Of a stretch of DNA of 64,000 bases, positions 26,375 through 35,629 are shown in pieces; the first letter of the stretch is position 1, and each line of letters starts with the position of its first letter. This DNA is from Nitrososphaerota archaeon (GTDB lineage: Archaea > Thermoproteota > Nitrososphaeria > Nitrososphaerales > JACPRH01): NCBI GenBank assembly GCA_023379805.1, contig JAMCPI010000012.1:95777-159776 (forward strand), read 5' to 3'. Made by a program: the position numbers and the translations under genes. The notes under the pieces were generated by a model. That model saw only the letters and a program-made list of their open reading frames with translations. It was not told the origin of the DNA and did no database searches.

Positions 26375-27310
26375 ATGAGGAAAGTTAGAGATATCGAGCT
26401 CACGGGATCGGAGTCGGTTGACAGTGTTTTGAGGCAGATGGGGCTTGCAGGTGGCTTCACTGCGAGAGATCTTGGTGAGACTGTCGATATCCTTGAAGAG
26501 ATGGTTAAGGATCCTTCCTGTGTAAAGTTTCTTTCATTTCCAGCGGCTCCTGTAGCGACGGGTCTCCGTGGTGTTTTCCGCAAGATGGTGGAGGCGCATC
26601 TGGTGGATGTTATAATCACCACCTGTGGGATGCTGGATCACGATGTTGCGCGTGTATGGGGTGATTATCTTGAAGGCGCCTTTGAGCTTGATGATGCTCA
26701 ACTTTACCGTAAGGGAATTCATCGGCTTGGCAATGTTCTTGTTCCCCGAGACTCATACGGTGTTCTTCTTGAAGAGAAGCTTCAACCATTCTTTGAAGGT
26801 CTCTACAATGAGGGCGTCCGTAAAATCTCATCTGCTGAGCTCTGCCAGCGTCTAGGCCAATTTGTTGATTCGAAGTCATCCATTCTATACTGGGCTAATG
26901 TAAACAAGGTGCCTGTGTTTGTTCCAGGTTTAACTGATGGTGCGGTGGGCAGCCAAATATGGCTCTTCTCACAGAGGCATAGAGACTTTCAGATAGATGT
27001 TCTCAAGGATGAGCAGCAGATCTCCGATATTGTTTACGAGGCTAAGAAGAGTGGTGCTTTAATAATCGGGGGCGGTATCTCCAAACACCACACGTTGTGG
27101 TGGAACCAGTTCCGCGGCGGCTTAGACTATGCTGTACAGATTACTACCGCTGATGAATGGGATGGGAGCTTAAGCGGCGCAGCGGTGAGGGAAGCAATCT
27201 CTTGGGGGAAGGTGCGACCGAAAGCTAAGAAGATGACTGTCCGCGGTGAGGCCACGGCGCTTCTTCCATTCGTCGTGGAGTCGCTTTTACAACGCTTGAA
27301 AACCCATTGA
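26375..27310 (+). CDS. dys: Deoxyhypusine synthase
   Basis: 311 aa. Full-length DHS pattern (GGFTARDLG..., TTCGMLDHD, VPGLTDGAVG, IIGGGISKHH, EAISWGK). Confidence 0.9.
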   Translation: MRKVRDIELTGSESVDSVLRQMGLAGGFTARDLGETVDILEEMVKDPSCVKFLSFPAAPVATGLRGVFRKMVEAHLVDVIITTCGMLDHDVARVWGDYLEGAFELDDAQLYRKGIHRLGNVLVPRDSYGVLLEEKLQPFFEGLYNEGVRKISSAELCQRLGQFVDSKSSILYWANVNKVPVFVPGLTDGAVGSQIWLFSQRHRDFQIDVLKDEQQISDIVYEAKKSGALIIGGGISKHHTLWWNQFRGGLDYAVQITTADEWDGSLSGAAVREAISWGKVRPKAKKMTVRGEATALLPFVVESLLQRLKTH

Positions 27311-27398
27311 ATAGTTGATAGTTGTGCAGAACCTCTGCTGAAATTTGGACAAAAGTTAAATTCTCGTACCCTATCCTTAACATGTAGGTGATAGAGAA

Positions 27399-27605
27399 AT
27401 GGCAGCATGGCACCTCGCATCGCTGATCGTCGGAATAGTGCTGCTCATAATAGGCGGAGGCGCTGTACTAGCAGCGGCAGTCGGCATGGTTCTAATTCCA
27501 TTCCTAACAATCTCAATGGGTTTGGTTACTGGTGCAGTCGTGTTCATCGTTGGAATCGTCATAGCAGGGTACAGCGCTTGGGTGTGGCGCGCGCATAGGC
27601 GATAG
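27399..27605 (+). CDS. Small two-TM membrane protein
   Basis: 68 aa with two strongly hydrophobic helices and a basic C-terminus. Followed by a T8 run at 27625-27632. Confidence 0.45.
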   Translation: MAAWHLASLIVGIVLLIIGGGAVLAAAVGMVLIPFLTISMGLVTGAVVFIVGIVIAGYSAWVWRAHRR

Positions 27606-27624
27606 ACCTAGTGAGCAGCGCCCC

Positions 27625-27632
27625 TTTTTTTT
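27625..27632 (+). terminator. Oligo-T archaeal terminator candidate
   Basis: GCGCCCC followed by T8, 20 nt after the stop at 27605. Confidence 0.45.
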
Positions 27633-27684
27633 CACATAGATTCTTCCGATATATTTTTAGACCTAATAGTACGCTACCACGGCA

Positions 27685-27891
27685 ATGGAGTCATATCATA
27701 AGCTGAGAATATTTGACAAAATCATTCTGCTAGTGATACTGTCAGCACTGCTCACATCGCTCTCCTCAATCACTTTGGTCGGTCAAAACATTTGGGGTAA
27801 TTACATCTTCGCCACAGTAGCAATGGTTCACGGAGTAGCAATCATCTCCTTGGTGAAGAAACGAGGAGACATCTACGACGAAACCCTCTAA
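27685..27891 (+). CDS. Small two-TM membrane protein
   Basis: 68 aa with two hydrophobic segments. No recognisable domain. Confidence 0.35.
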   Translation: MESYHKLRIFDKIILLVILSALLTSLSSITLVGQNIWGNYIFATVAMVHGVAIISLVKKRGDIYDETL

Positions 27892-28234
27892 ACAAAACTC
27901 AGCCAAAGTCTGAAAATTCACGGAACAGAAAAAAGTCGCGTAAAAGCCGCTACTAAGGCGATAGCGGTTGTGCATGTTTTCTTTGATAAAGCTATTGATT
28001 TAACAGGTGTGAAAGTAAACGTTTAGTAAGACATCTATCTTCCAGCACCTATCTTTCTACGTTATAGGTAGGAGGATTATTATGATATCCTCGACAGCCA
28101 AGTTATTATCTAGATATCCACATCTGTTTCTACAACATTTATTCCATTACAATAAAGACAAACAATGTCAAATGTGTTAGGTAATATACGTGGAGCAATA
28201 ATACCCGCATTCTGTTTCTAAATCGATAAAGAAT

Positions 28235-29986
28235 ATGAACGCCATATCTACTCGTCTAAAGAGACGTTTTAGTAGCGTCTCTAAGAGAGAGCTTCTGCTT
28301 GTATTGGGTTTGATTTGTCTGCTTCTAGTCGCTGCCTTCTCTAATAGCAGCGGTGCTCCTGTTGCGGCCGGCTCCTTTTTTTCTGCGTATGGTTTGCAGA
28401 CGTACACCTTGACTTTTCAGGGTTACGACTACAACAATAAGGGGGAGGTGTCTGTGCTGGTCAACAACCAGGTTGTAGCTACGCTGCCCACAAGCTATGC
28501 TTCACAGAACGCCAAGACCTTCGTCAGCTTCACACTCGACATCTCAAACTACATAGTATCATCAGGAAGCAACACCATCACATTCCGCCAGAACCAGTAC
28601 TCCTCAGGAGTACAAAACGTAAAAGTCACAGGACCAAACGGAGTACTATTGAGCGACAGCACCTATCGCAGCATGCGGGTAGGCGGTACAGTCTCAGTCA
28701 CTTACAAGTTCAATACTGGCACAACAACCACGACCAGCTCGTCAAGCGGTACCTATACCCTAGCATTCCAGGGCTATGACTATGATAACAAGGGTGAAGT
28801 CTCTATACTTGTGAATAATCAGGTAGCAGCTACTCTACCTACAGTAGAGTCATCTCAAAATAACAATCTGTGGAAGAGCTTCTCACTAGACATATCCAAA
28901 TACGTAGTATCGGGGAGCAACACTATAGTGTTCAAGCAGAACATGTATTCGTCAGGATTACAGAGCGTTAAGGTAACTGGACCAAATGGAGTACTGTTGA
29001 GTGATAACACCTATCATAGCGTAAGGATAGGCGGTACAGTCTCTGTTACGTATAAATTTAGTACTACAACGACTAGCACTACTACAACTTCTACGACACA
29101 GGCCGGGTTTAGGTTTGTCGTCTTGGGCGATAGCCGTAGCAGTGATTCGACTTCGCAGGTGAATACGAAAGTCTTGTCCTCACTCACAAACGTGGCTAAC
29201 GGGCTTAATCCAGCGTTCGCGATATTTAACGGAGACCTCTGTTACAGCTTTACCAGCGGCAGCGACTGTCCAACAATTTGGAAGAACGCTGTGAACCAAA
29301 ATCTGCTTTCCAAGACTGTGTTAGTGCAGGGCAACCGTGATACGGGTTACAACACTAAATGGCAGAGTGCGTTTAAAATGGCCTCGATAATAACGTCATT
29401 CGGTGGAACAGGTTACTCATTCCGCTCAGGGCAGGACAGCATTGATTATTCATTCAATTACAAGAACAGCCATTTCGTCGGAATTGCCGTTTTGAACGGT
29501 GTCAGTTCCAGCAGTCCTAGCTATGACCAGCTAACTTGGCTTGACGCCGACCTTACAAAAGCCGAGAATACAGGATGCGGAGGTCACGGGTGTGCTCTCA
29601 CGTTCATAGCGTTTCACAGTCCTCTCTACTGCGTTTCACCTGATAGCAGCGTCTGTTCTCAGATACAGACCCCCCCATCTAAATGGACAACGATACTCAA
29701 TGCTCATTCATCCGTTGTTGCGGTCTTTAACGCCCATGATCATGTTATCTCATATGTTCACATTAGTAGCAACGAGATAAATGGTGTAAGCTCTAATCAC
29801 GAGTACGAGCAATTCATATCTGGTGCTTCTGGTGCGCCTCCCGCAAGCTGTGGATCTCGATCAGACTGGTGTACCGACGGCAACTTTGGATTCATAACTG
29901 TAAACGTTAGTGGCTCAACAGCTAAGGTTCGCGCATACAATATGTACGGAACATCTCTTCACTCCGAGTGGAGCTTCAGCAGATGA
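28235..29986 (+). CDS. Secreted protein: two tandem copies of an unassigned ~105-aa beta-rich domain + Thr-rich linkers + C-terminal metallophosphoesterase
   Basis: 583 aa with a signal/TM at the N-terminus. Repeats at aa 57-160 and 174-276. Calcineurin-like motifs: FVVLGDSRS, FNGDL, VQGNRD, FHSPLY, NAHDHV. Confidence 0.75.
   Translation: MNAISTRLKRRFSSVSKRELLLVLGLICLLLVAAFSNSSGAPVAAGSFFSAYGLQTYTLTFQGYDYNNKGEVSVLVNNQVVATLPTSYASQNAKTFVSFTLDISNYIVSSGSNTITFRQNQYSSGVQNVKVTGPNGVLLSDSTYRSMRVGGTVSVTYKFNTGTTTTTSSSSGTYTLAFQGYDYDNKGEVSILVNNQVAATLPTVESSQNNNLWKSFSLDISKYVVSGSNTIVFKQNMYSSGLQSVKVTGPNGVLLSDNTYHSVRIGGTVSVTYKFSTTTTSTTTTSTTQAGFRFVVLGDSRSSDSTSQVNTKVLSSLTNVANGLNPAFAIFNGDLCYSFTSGSDCPTIWKNAVNQNLLSKTVLVQGNRDTGYNTKWQSAFKMASIITSFGGTGYSFRSGQDSIDYSFNYKNSHFVGIAVLNGVSSSSPSYDQLTWLDADLTKAENTGCGGHGCALTFIAFHSPLYCVSPDSSVCSQIQTPPSKWTTILNAHSSVVAVFNAHDHVISYVHISSNEINGVSSNHEYEQFISGASGAPPASCGSRSDWCTDGNFGFITVNVSGSTAKVRAYNMYGTSLHSEWSFSR
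28403..29062 (+). repeat. Tandem intragenic domain duplication (period 351 nt)
   Basis: YTLTFQGYDYNNKGEVSVLVNNQVVATLP...VKVTGPNGVLLSDSTYRSMRVGGTVSVTYKF versus YTLAFQGYDYDNKGEVSILVNNQVAATLP...VKVTGPNGVLLSDNTYHSVRIGGTVSVTYKF. Confidence 0.9.
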
Positions 29987-30133
29987 AGCTCCAACACCAC
30001 ACCGCCCAGCAGCACATTCACCTTATTCTTCCACGAATATGGCTACAACAATAGCTGCGAGGTATCGACGCTTGTGAACAACCAACCCGTAGCGTTCAGA
30101 GGAGCGCTAAGCTTTATATTTGTAAGGTTTTAG
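29987..30133 (+). pseudogene. In-frame post-stop fragment of a third copy of the repeat domain
   Basis: Directly after TGA (29984-29986) the same frame reads SSNTTPPSSTFTLFFHEYGYNNSCEVSTLVNNQPVAFRG...* up to TAG 30131-30133. This matches the first ~25 residues of the repeat unit. Confidence 0.6.
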
Positions 30134-30144
30134 CCTTAGCTGGA

Positions 30145-32244
30145 TTGACAGCTGCAAACCTGCCTATCTTCGAGTTATTAGCACCTGCCGCAGGTGCCTT
30201 CGCTCTCCTGTTCGCACTTTATTTGGCGTATTACGTTAACCGTTTCGAAATCGGAACGGAGAAGATGAAGGACATCTACTCCGCGATTCGAGAAGGCGCC
30301 AAAGCCTATCTCAAACGGCAATACAAGACAATCAGCATAATCTCTGCTGTATTGGCGATTGTACTGTACTTGGCCTTCGATTTGCAGGGTCACCAAGGCC
30401 GACCCCTTGTTTCAGTATCCTTCCTAATCGGCGCTGTCTTTTCACTCGCAGCCGGCTATGTAGGTATGGATGTTGCGACTCGGGCAAACGCTAGAGCCGC
30501 TTACGCCGCGGGAAAAAACATCGACACATCCCTCAAGATCAGCTACTACGCCGGTCTAGTTATGGGTCTCTTCAACGTTGGACTCAGCCTACTAGCTGTT
30601 ACCGGACTCTACTACCTATACGGCGAACCTGAACTGATAGTCGGCTTAGGGTTCGGAGCCAGCCTCGCAGCCCTGTTCGCGCAGCTCGGCGGCGGCATCT
30701 TCACCAAAGCCGCTGATGTCGGTGCGGACATTGTCGGTAAGGTTGAAGCAGGTATCCCTGAGGACGATCCTCGCAACCCCGCTGTAATTGCTGATAACGT
30801 CGGTGACAACGTCGGCGATGTTGCAGGCAGAGGCGCAGACTTGTTCGAGTCAATGACTGCTGAAAACATCGGTGCGATGATTGTCGGTGTCGGACTGTAC
30901 GCTGTGACTCAAAACTTCTTCTTCGTAATCTTTCCTCTACTAGCCAGATCAGTCGGCATCTTCGGCACCATCATCGGTTTACCTTTCGTCCGCGCGCGAA
31001 ACTGGAAAGACCCGATGATCCCGATGCGAAACGGAATGATAGCGACCACAATCATCATCGTTGTTGGACTCTACTTCCTTGTAAGCAGCACAATTCTAAG
31101 CATGAATCTCTACTACGCAGCCGTCACAGGAGTCATTGCCAGCCTCCTGATGTTCCTAGTCACAGAGTACTACACATCACACCGCTACCGCCCAGTAAAG
31201 GAGATATCACAGGCCTCCACCACCGGGTCAGCGGTCAACATCATCACCGGACTATCCGTAGCTTTAGAGAGCACGGCTCTGCCTGTCCTAATCATTGTTG
31301 GCGCTCTTATGCTTGGCTTCCACTTCGGAGGCTTATTCGCTGCAGAAACCAACATAGACTACTCGGTTGGCGGAGTCTACGGCACCGCAGTAGCAACGAT
31401 GGGTATGCTATCTGTCGCCGGTATGATACTTGGCATGGATGGCTTTGGTCCAATCGTTGACAACGCTGCTGGAATTGCCGAGATGTCTGGTGCACCTAAG
31501 GAGCTCAGAGACAAAATTGACATATTCGACGCAGCAGGAAACACCACCAAGGCGTTGACCAAGGGTTACGCCCTAGGCTCAGCCGGACTAGCTGCACTAC
31601 TTCTATTCCAAGCATATCTCGCTGAATACGCTAGAGACGTAGGTATCAAGGCGTCAGAGGTTATCGTGGACTTGGTGAGGCCGGAGGTTATCGCGGCAAT
31701 CTTCATCGGAGGGTTGCTCCCATTCATCTTCTCAGCCTTCGCGATCCGAGCTGTCGGCAAAGCTGCGTTCAACGTCGTGGAGGAAGTGCGGCGCCAGTTC
31801 AAAGAGATACCAGGACTTATGGAGGGAACAGCTCGACCAGACTACTCGCGATGCGTCGACATCAGTACCCTCGCAGCGCAAAGGGAGATGATTATCCCAG
31901 CGTTGATGCCTGTTGTAGTTCCACTGGTCGTCGGGTTCCTGCTCGGGCCACTGGCTGTCGGAGCATTCTTGATCAGCGCAACCGTCAGCGGAACACTACT
32001 TGCATTCATGATGAACAACGGCGGAGGAGCTTGGGACAACGCGAAGAAGTTCGTCGAGACCGGTATGTTCGGCGGCAAAGGCTCTGAAGCCCACAAAGCA
32101 GCTGTAGTAGGTGACACAGTCGGCGACCCATTGAAGGACACAGCAGGGCCATCGCTTCACGTGCTGGTGAAGCTAATCAACACCGTCTCACTAACATTCG
32201 CACTAATGTTCGTCCTCTACAACCTACATCTCTTCGCCCGCTAA
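30145..32244 (+). CDS. hppA: Membrane H+-translocating pyrophosphatase (K+-independent type by GNTTK motif)
   Basis: 699 aa. GGGIFTKAADVGADIVGKVE and DNVGDNVGD motifs. GNTTKALTKG carries the Lys I recall as diagnostic of the K+-independent class. Confidence 0.95.
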   Translation: MTAANLPIFELLAPAAGAFALLFALYLAYYVNRFEIGTEKMKDIYSAIREGAKAYLKRQYKTISIISAVLAIVLYLAFDLQGHQGRPLVSVSFLIGAVFSLAAGYVGMDVATRANARAAYAAGKNIDTSLKISYYAGLVMGLFNVGLSLLAVTGLYYLYGEPELIVGLGFGASLAALFAQLGGGIFTKAADVGADIVGKVEAGIPEDDPRNPAVIADNVGDNVGDVAGRGADLFESMTAENIGAMIVGVGLYAVTQNFFFVIFPLLARSVGIFGTIIGLPFVRARNWKDPMIPMRNGMIATTIIIVVGLYFLVSSTILSMNLYYAAVTGVIASLLMFLVTEYYTSHRYRPVKEISQASTTGSAVNIITGLSVALESTALPVLIIVGALMLGFHFGGLFAAETNIDYSVGGVYGTAVATMGMLSVAGMILGMDGFGPIVDNAAGIAEMSGAPKELRDKIDIFDAAGNTTKALTKGYALGSAGLAALLLFQAYLAEYARDVGIKASEVIVDLVRPEVIAAIFIGGLLPFIFSAFAIRAVGKAAFNVVEEVRRQFKEIPGLMEGTARPDYSRCVDISTLAAQREMIIPALMPVVVPLVVGFLLGPLAVGAFLISATVSGTLLAFMMNNGGGAWDNAKKFVETGMFGGKGSEAHKAAVVGDTVGDPLKDTAGPSLHVLVKLINTVSLTFALMFVLYNLHLFAR

Positions 32245-32283
32245 ACCTGCCGGAACGAAGATTGGGTCAATATACCCGATGGG

Positions 32284-32706
32284 CTAAGGAATGTAGCTGT
32301 AGCCAATGGCCTCTAGGTACTCTAGCCGTCTCATCTGCAGTCCGAGGCGGGTCATGTACTCTAGATTAGCGTGAAATGTGTGAGCGAAGCCTGTGATGGT
32401 TTTGCCGCCGATGTTCTTGAAGCTGGCATCCATCAACTCGTATGCTGCTTCTCCACTCTCCATCGTTTTTCGCACGACGAAGAATATCTGGAATGAAGAG
32501 AAGTCAGGACGCCCAAGTATCTGCTTTAACGTAACTTCCTTCCCAGACTCCTCGGCGTCGAAGAAAACACTCGTAGCCGGGTTGAACCATCGTTTAACGG
32601 CTTCTCTGCGATACTTCAAGCCTAAGTACTTCCGCTCAATATCCGCCAGGTACTTGTTGCTCTCAACAATTTTGTCAGGCAACTCCGACATCTTCAGGTA
32701 CTCCAT
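32284..32706 (-). CDS. Hypothetical protein
   Basis: 140-aa ORF with balanced composition and no recognisable motif. Confidence 0.4.
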   Translation of the reverse strand: MEYLKMSELPDKIVESNKYLADIERKYLGLKYRREAVKRWFNPATSVFFDAEESGKEVTLKQILGRPDFSSFQIFFVVRKTMESGEAAYELMDASFKNIGGKTITGFAHTFHANLEYMTRLGLQMRRLEYLEAIGYSYIP

Positions 32707-32805
32707 CTTTACCTTACACGATTAGCAGTTAAAACTATGCTTAGTCAACCGAAGAATTATTAAAATGTATTAAACGTACTTGATCGCGGAGAACGGCAAG
32801 CAAGT

Positions 32806-32880
32806 GGAGAGGTGGCGGAACGGTTACGCGTTCGCCTGCAGAGCGAATATACGTGGGTTCAACTCCCACCCTCTCCTCCA
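32806..32880 (+). tRNA. tRNA-Cys (GCA), CCA encoded
   Basis: Hand-folded cloverleaf. Acceptor GGAGAGG/CCTCTCC; anticodon stem TTCGC/GCGAA with loop CTGCAGA (anticodon GCA); T arm GTGGG-TTCAACT-CCCAC; discriminator T followed by CCA. Confidence 0.85.
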
Positions 32881-33003
32881 CACGACGCATAAGTGCTTTC
32901 TTCACAACATTGGGTAGTTGTTGAGAATTCTATGTGATTTATTGGTCGTATGGAGACCGTCTTACCCGTCTTTATATCTTGCCACTGTAAAATCGCAACG
33001 AAA

Positions 33004-35127
33004 ATGTTATCCGTAAAATATAGAATAAGCATCTTCGCACTGTTAACAATACTCGCGCTAGGCACATTCGCACCGACACTCGCACTCGCAGCACCTCTCG
33101 CCAACAACGGCAAAGACTGGGAATACGTAAACGGTAACTCTTGGGGCTGGAATTACAGTCCACAAACACAGATAAACAAGGATAATGTAAAGAATCTTGA
33201 AGTGAAATGGATCTTCCCTGTTGGAAGCAAGACACTTGCACCAGCAGCAATGCAAACGGTCGCTTTGACAGAGGGTGCACAAACACCACCAATTGTCAGA
33301 AACGGCATAGTCTACATCACAACCAACTTCCTCAAGACCTATGCCATAGACGGCAAGACCGGTAAACAGGTCTGGACATACGACTATACCTTCGATCCCA
33401 ATGCCACTGCTAGTAAGCTACCTTGGGTCTTCGGTATGCTCGGCTCACACCTGCACGGCTTCAGGTACTGGGAAGGCGGAAACGCACTGCTATTCAACGG
33501 AATGGCATGTGATGTTTATGCAGTAGACGCCTCGACCGGTAAGGAAGCATTCAGAATCCAGGATCTGTGCAAAGATGTTCCCGGAAACCTCTACAAGTAT
33601 AGACCAACACCAACAGATACATCGTCTATAGGAACATATGAGAAAGGCAAGCTGTTCATCACAGTCCTTCCAGGCATGATACACTCTAATATCTGGTATG
33701 GAGACGCACGCCACGTCACAATGGGTATCAACATGGATACCAAGCAAGTTGTGTGGAGAGTATTCAGCTTCCCACCGCACGGAGTACCTGCTAAAGACTG
33801 GGCTACTCAGGAATGCGACATTGGATACTTCGAATCTATTCCATGCAAAGACGTAGCGGCCAAGAACCCGAAGGGACTTGAATGGGACTGGGCAATGCCT
33901 GGTCAAGCACCAAGCCCCTACGGTGGTGTCACAGCTAACTGGGGCCAGCAAATAGTTGATGAAGATACAGGCATCATGTACACCAACACAGGTAACCAAG
34001 GACCTTTCACAAACCTCTCCCTAACACCTGGACCACGTCTATACGGCTCAACCATTATGGCTATTGACCTAACTCAGGGCAAGCGCATATGGTGGATGCA
34101 ACCATTCCCGCATGATCCGTATGACTATGACTGCAACTGGGGTGGAATACTAGCTGAAGTCAAGGGTCTGGGCAAGGTCTACATGAAGGGATGTAAGGAA
34201 GGCTTTCTTAACATCCTTGACGCAAGGACTGGTAAACCAATACAAAGGATAGACGTGACACAAGAACAGATGGCGCTCGGACAAGTAACTCAAGCAGCTG
34301 CTACAGAACCATATCAGGGCAAGGGCGGTGTCAGATACCACCTAACAGATCCAATGAGTGAATATGATCTCAGGGAATGGGGCTGGCCTGACAACGGCAA
34401 ATACGCTCCTTCACCATCAATACTCTACCCATCATATCTCAACGGAGTCTTCGCAACAGATCTATCATACGATCCTGACTCACAAACAGTAATCCACTAC
34501 GCAAACGCACTGATGATTGGATACAGGTCGCTTCCCATAGAAGTAGGAAAGAGCAACGTGGGTCCAGGACCTAAAGGAATGGCTGAGACTGCAAACACCA
34601 CTATTATTGCTCGTGACGTAGCTACCGGCAAAATCAAGTGGTCATGGTTCTACAAGACAAGTGCACAAAGAGCAGCTATAGTTGTAACCGGAGGAATGGT
34701 GTTCAGCGGCTTCACTGACGGAACAGTAAAGTTCCTAGACAAAGACAAGGGAACACTGCTAAACACCGTCAACGTAGGCTCAGGAGTAGTAGTAGCTCCA
34801 ACAATAGGTGCTGACTCTGACGGCAACCAGAAGATATTCCTCATAGCAGGGTCAACTAGCATCGTGGGCGCATTCGCAGGCCCAGGCTTCAACAACCTAG
34901 GCGCAATGGTACCAGGCACACTAGTAGCAGTAGGACTTAGCGAGAAGTCTACAGGCGGAGCAGTCACACAACCCACTACATCAACCACTACAACAACCAC
35001 CACAACAACCTCGATCCGCACCGTGGAAGTCTCATCAGGACTACCTGCAGAAGTAACCTACGCAGCAGTCGGAGTAGCAGTAATAGCAATCATCGGCGCA
35101 GCAGTACTCGTAATGCGGAAGAAGTAG
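33004..35127 (+). CDS. Exported PQQ-type eight-bladed beta-propeller dehydrogenase (methanol/ethanol family-like), Thr-linker + C-terminal TM anchor
   Basis: Signal peptide from ATG 33004 (MLSVKYRISIFALLTILALGTFAPTLALA). Repeated propeller motifs (TPPIVRNGIVYITT, AIDGKTGKQVW, AVDASTGKE, ARDVATGKIKW). T13 linker and a hydrophobic C-terminal helix ending in RKK. The vicinal Cys-Cys of classical MDH/ADH is not evident. Confidence 0.8.
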   Translation: MLSVKYRISIFALLTILALGTFAPTLALAAPLANNGKDWEYVNGNSWGWNYSPQTQINKDNVKNLEVKWIFPVGSKTLAPAAMQTVALTEGAQTPPIVRNGIVYITTNFLKTYAIDGKTGKQVWTYDYTFDPNATASKLPWVFGMLGSHLHGFRYWEGGNALLFNGMACDVYAVDASTGKEAFRIQDLCKDVPGNLYKYRPTPTDTSSIGTYEKGKLFITVLPGMIHSNIWYGDARHVTMGINMDTKQVVWRVFSFPPHGVPAKDWATQECDIGYFESIPCKDVAAKNPKGLEWDWAMPGQAPSPYGGVTANWGQQIVDEDTGIMYTNTGNQGPFTNLSLTPGPRLYGSTIMAIDLTQGKRIWWMQPFPHDPYDYDCNWGGILAEVKGLGKVYMKGCKEGFLNILDARTGKPIQRIDVTQEQMALGQVTQAAATEPYQGKGGVRYHLTDPMSEYDLREWGWPDNGKYAPSPSILYPSYLNGVFATDLSYDPDSQTVIHYANALMIGYRSLPIEVGKSNVGPGPKGMAETANTTIIARDVATGKIKWSWFYKTSAQRAAIVVTGGMVFSGFTDGTVKFLDKDKGTLLNTVNVGSGVVVAPTIGADSDGNQKIFLIAGSTSIVGAFAGPGFNNLGAMVPGTLVAVGLSEKSTGGAVTQPTTSTTTTTTTTTSIRTVEVSSGLPAEVTYAAVGVAVIAIIGAAVLVMRKK

Positions 35128-35137
35128 AAGAGGACTC

Positions 35138-35171
35138 GGCGACCAATGTGGTCGCCAACCACCCTTTTTTT
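35138..35171 (+). terminator. Hairpin + T7 terminator candidate
   Basis: GGCGACC-aatgt-GGTCGCC is a perfect 7-bp stem, followed 8 nt later by T7 (35165-35171). It lies 11 nt after the dehydrogenase stop. Confidence 0.6.
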
Positions 35172-35209
35172 GAAGGGAAATTACGCTCCACGGCTCAAAA
35201 TACCGTGTA

Positions 35210-35281
35210 GGTGGGATTGTGGCGGCTCAGGGTGACAAGCTGGTCATTTTTTCCCCACGGGTGCAGGAGCCACATGCCTGC
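35210..35281. ncRNA. Conserved structured intergenic element, copy 2 (unknown class)
   Basis: Shares the same three identical blocks with 25931-26000. Lies immediately downstream of the terminator-like hairpin/T7. Confidence 0.45.
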
Positions 35282-35629
35282 ACCCAAATTCCCAACTACC
35301 CCTCAGTTATTCATTTCACTGAATTGACTGCTTATTCTTGGTTCTTATCTCGTAAGTTAGTGACAGAACACTTGGGAACTGTTGTAAGGTTAGTGGATAA
35401 CTGATATCAGATCTGAGTCTAAACTGGAAAGAGTATAACTGCAGTCGAGGCGTTTTTCAGGTTTTTACTTTCCTAAAATAGGCATGATTCATCCATAAAT
35501 TACGCGAACAATACATGGATAATTGGTCTATTGTGTTGATACTCTCTGTTCTGCTGGAAATAGATAATTTTGCTATATTTTCATGCTTCATAAATACAGT
35601 TTTTCAAATAGACTGCTCCCGTATGCACC

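Noticed and set aside
32859-33113. An 84-aa minus-strand ORF overlapping tRNA-Cys and the PQQ dehydrogenase 5' end.
   Set aside because: It overlaps a well-folding tRNA and a strongly supported CDS, and has no motifs.
25931-35281. The two conserved ~70-nt elements interpreted as att-type direct repeats bounding a 9.3-kb integrated element (tRNA-Cys lies inside).
   Set aside because: The interval contains housekeeping genes (dys, hppA) and no integrase. The repeats are not derived from the tRNA, they differ by indels, and they show helix-preserving variation. An RNA or regulatory element fits better.
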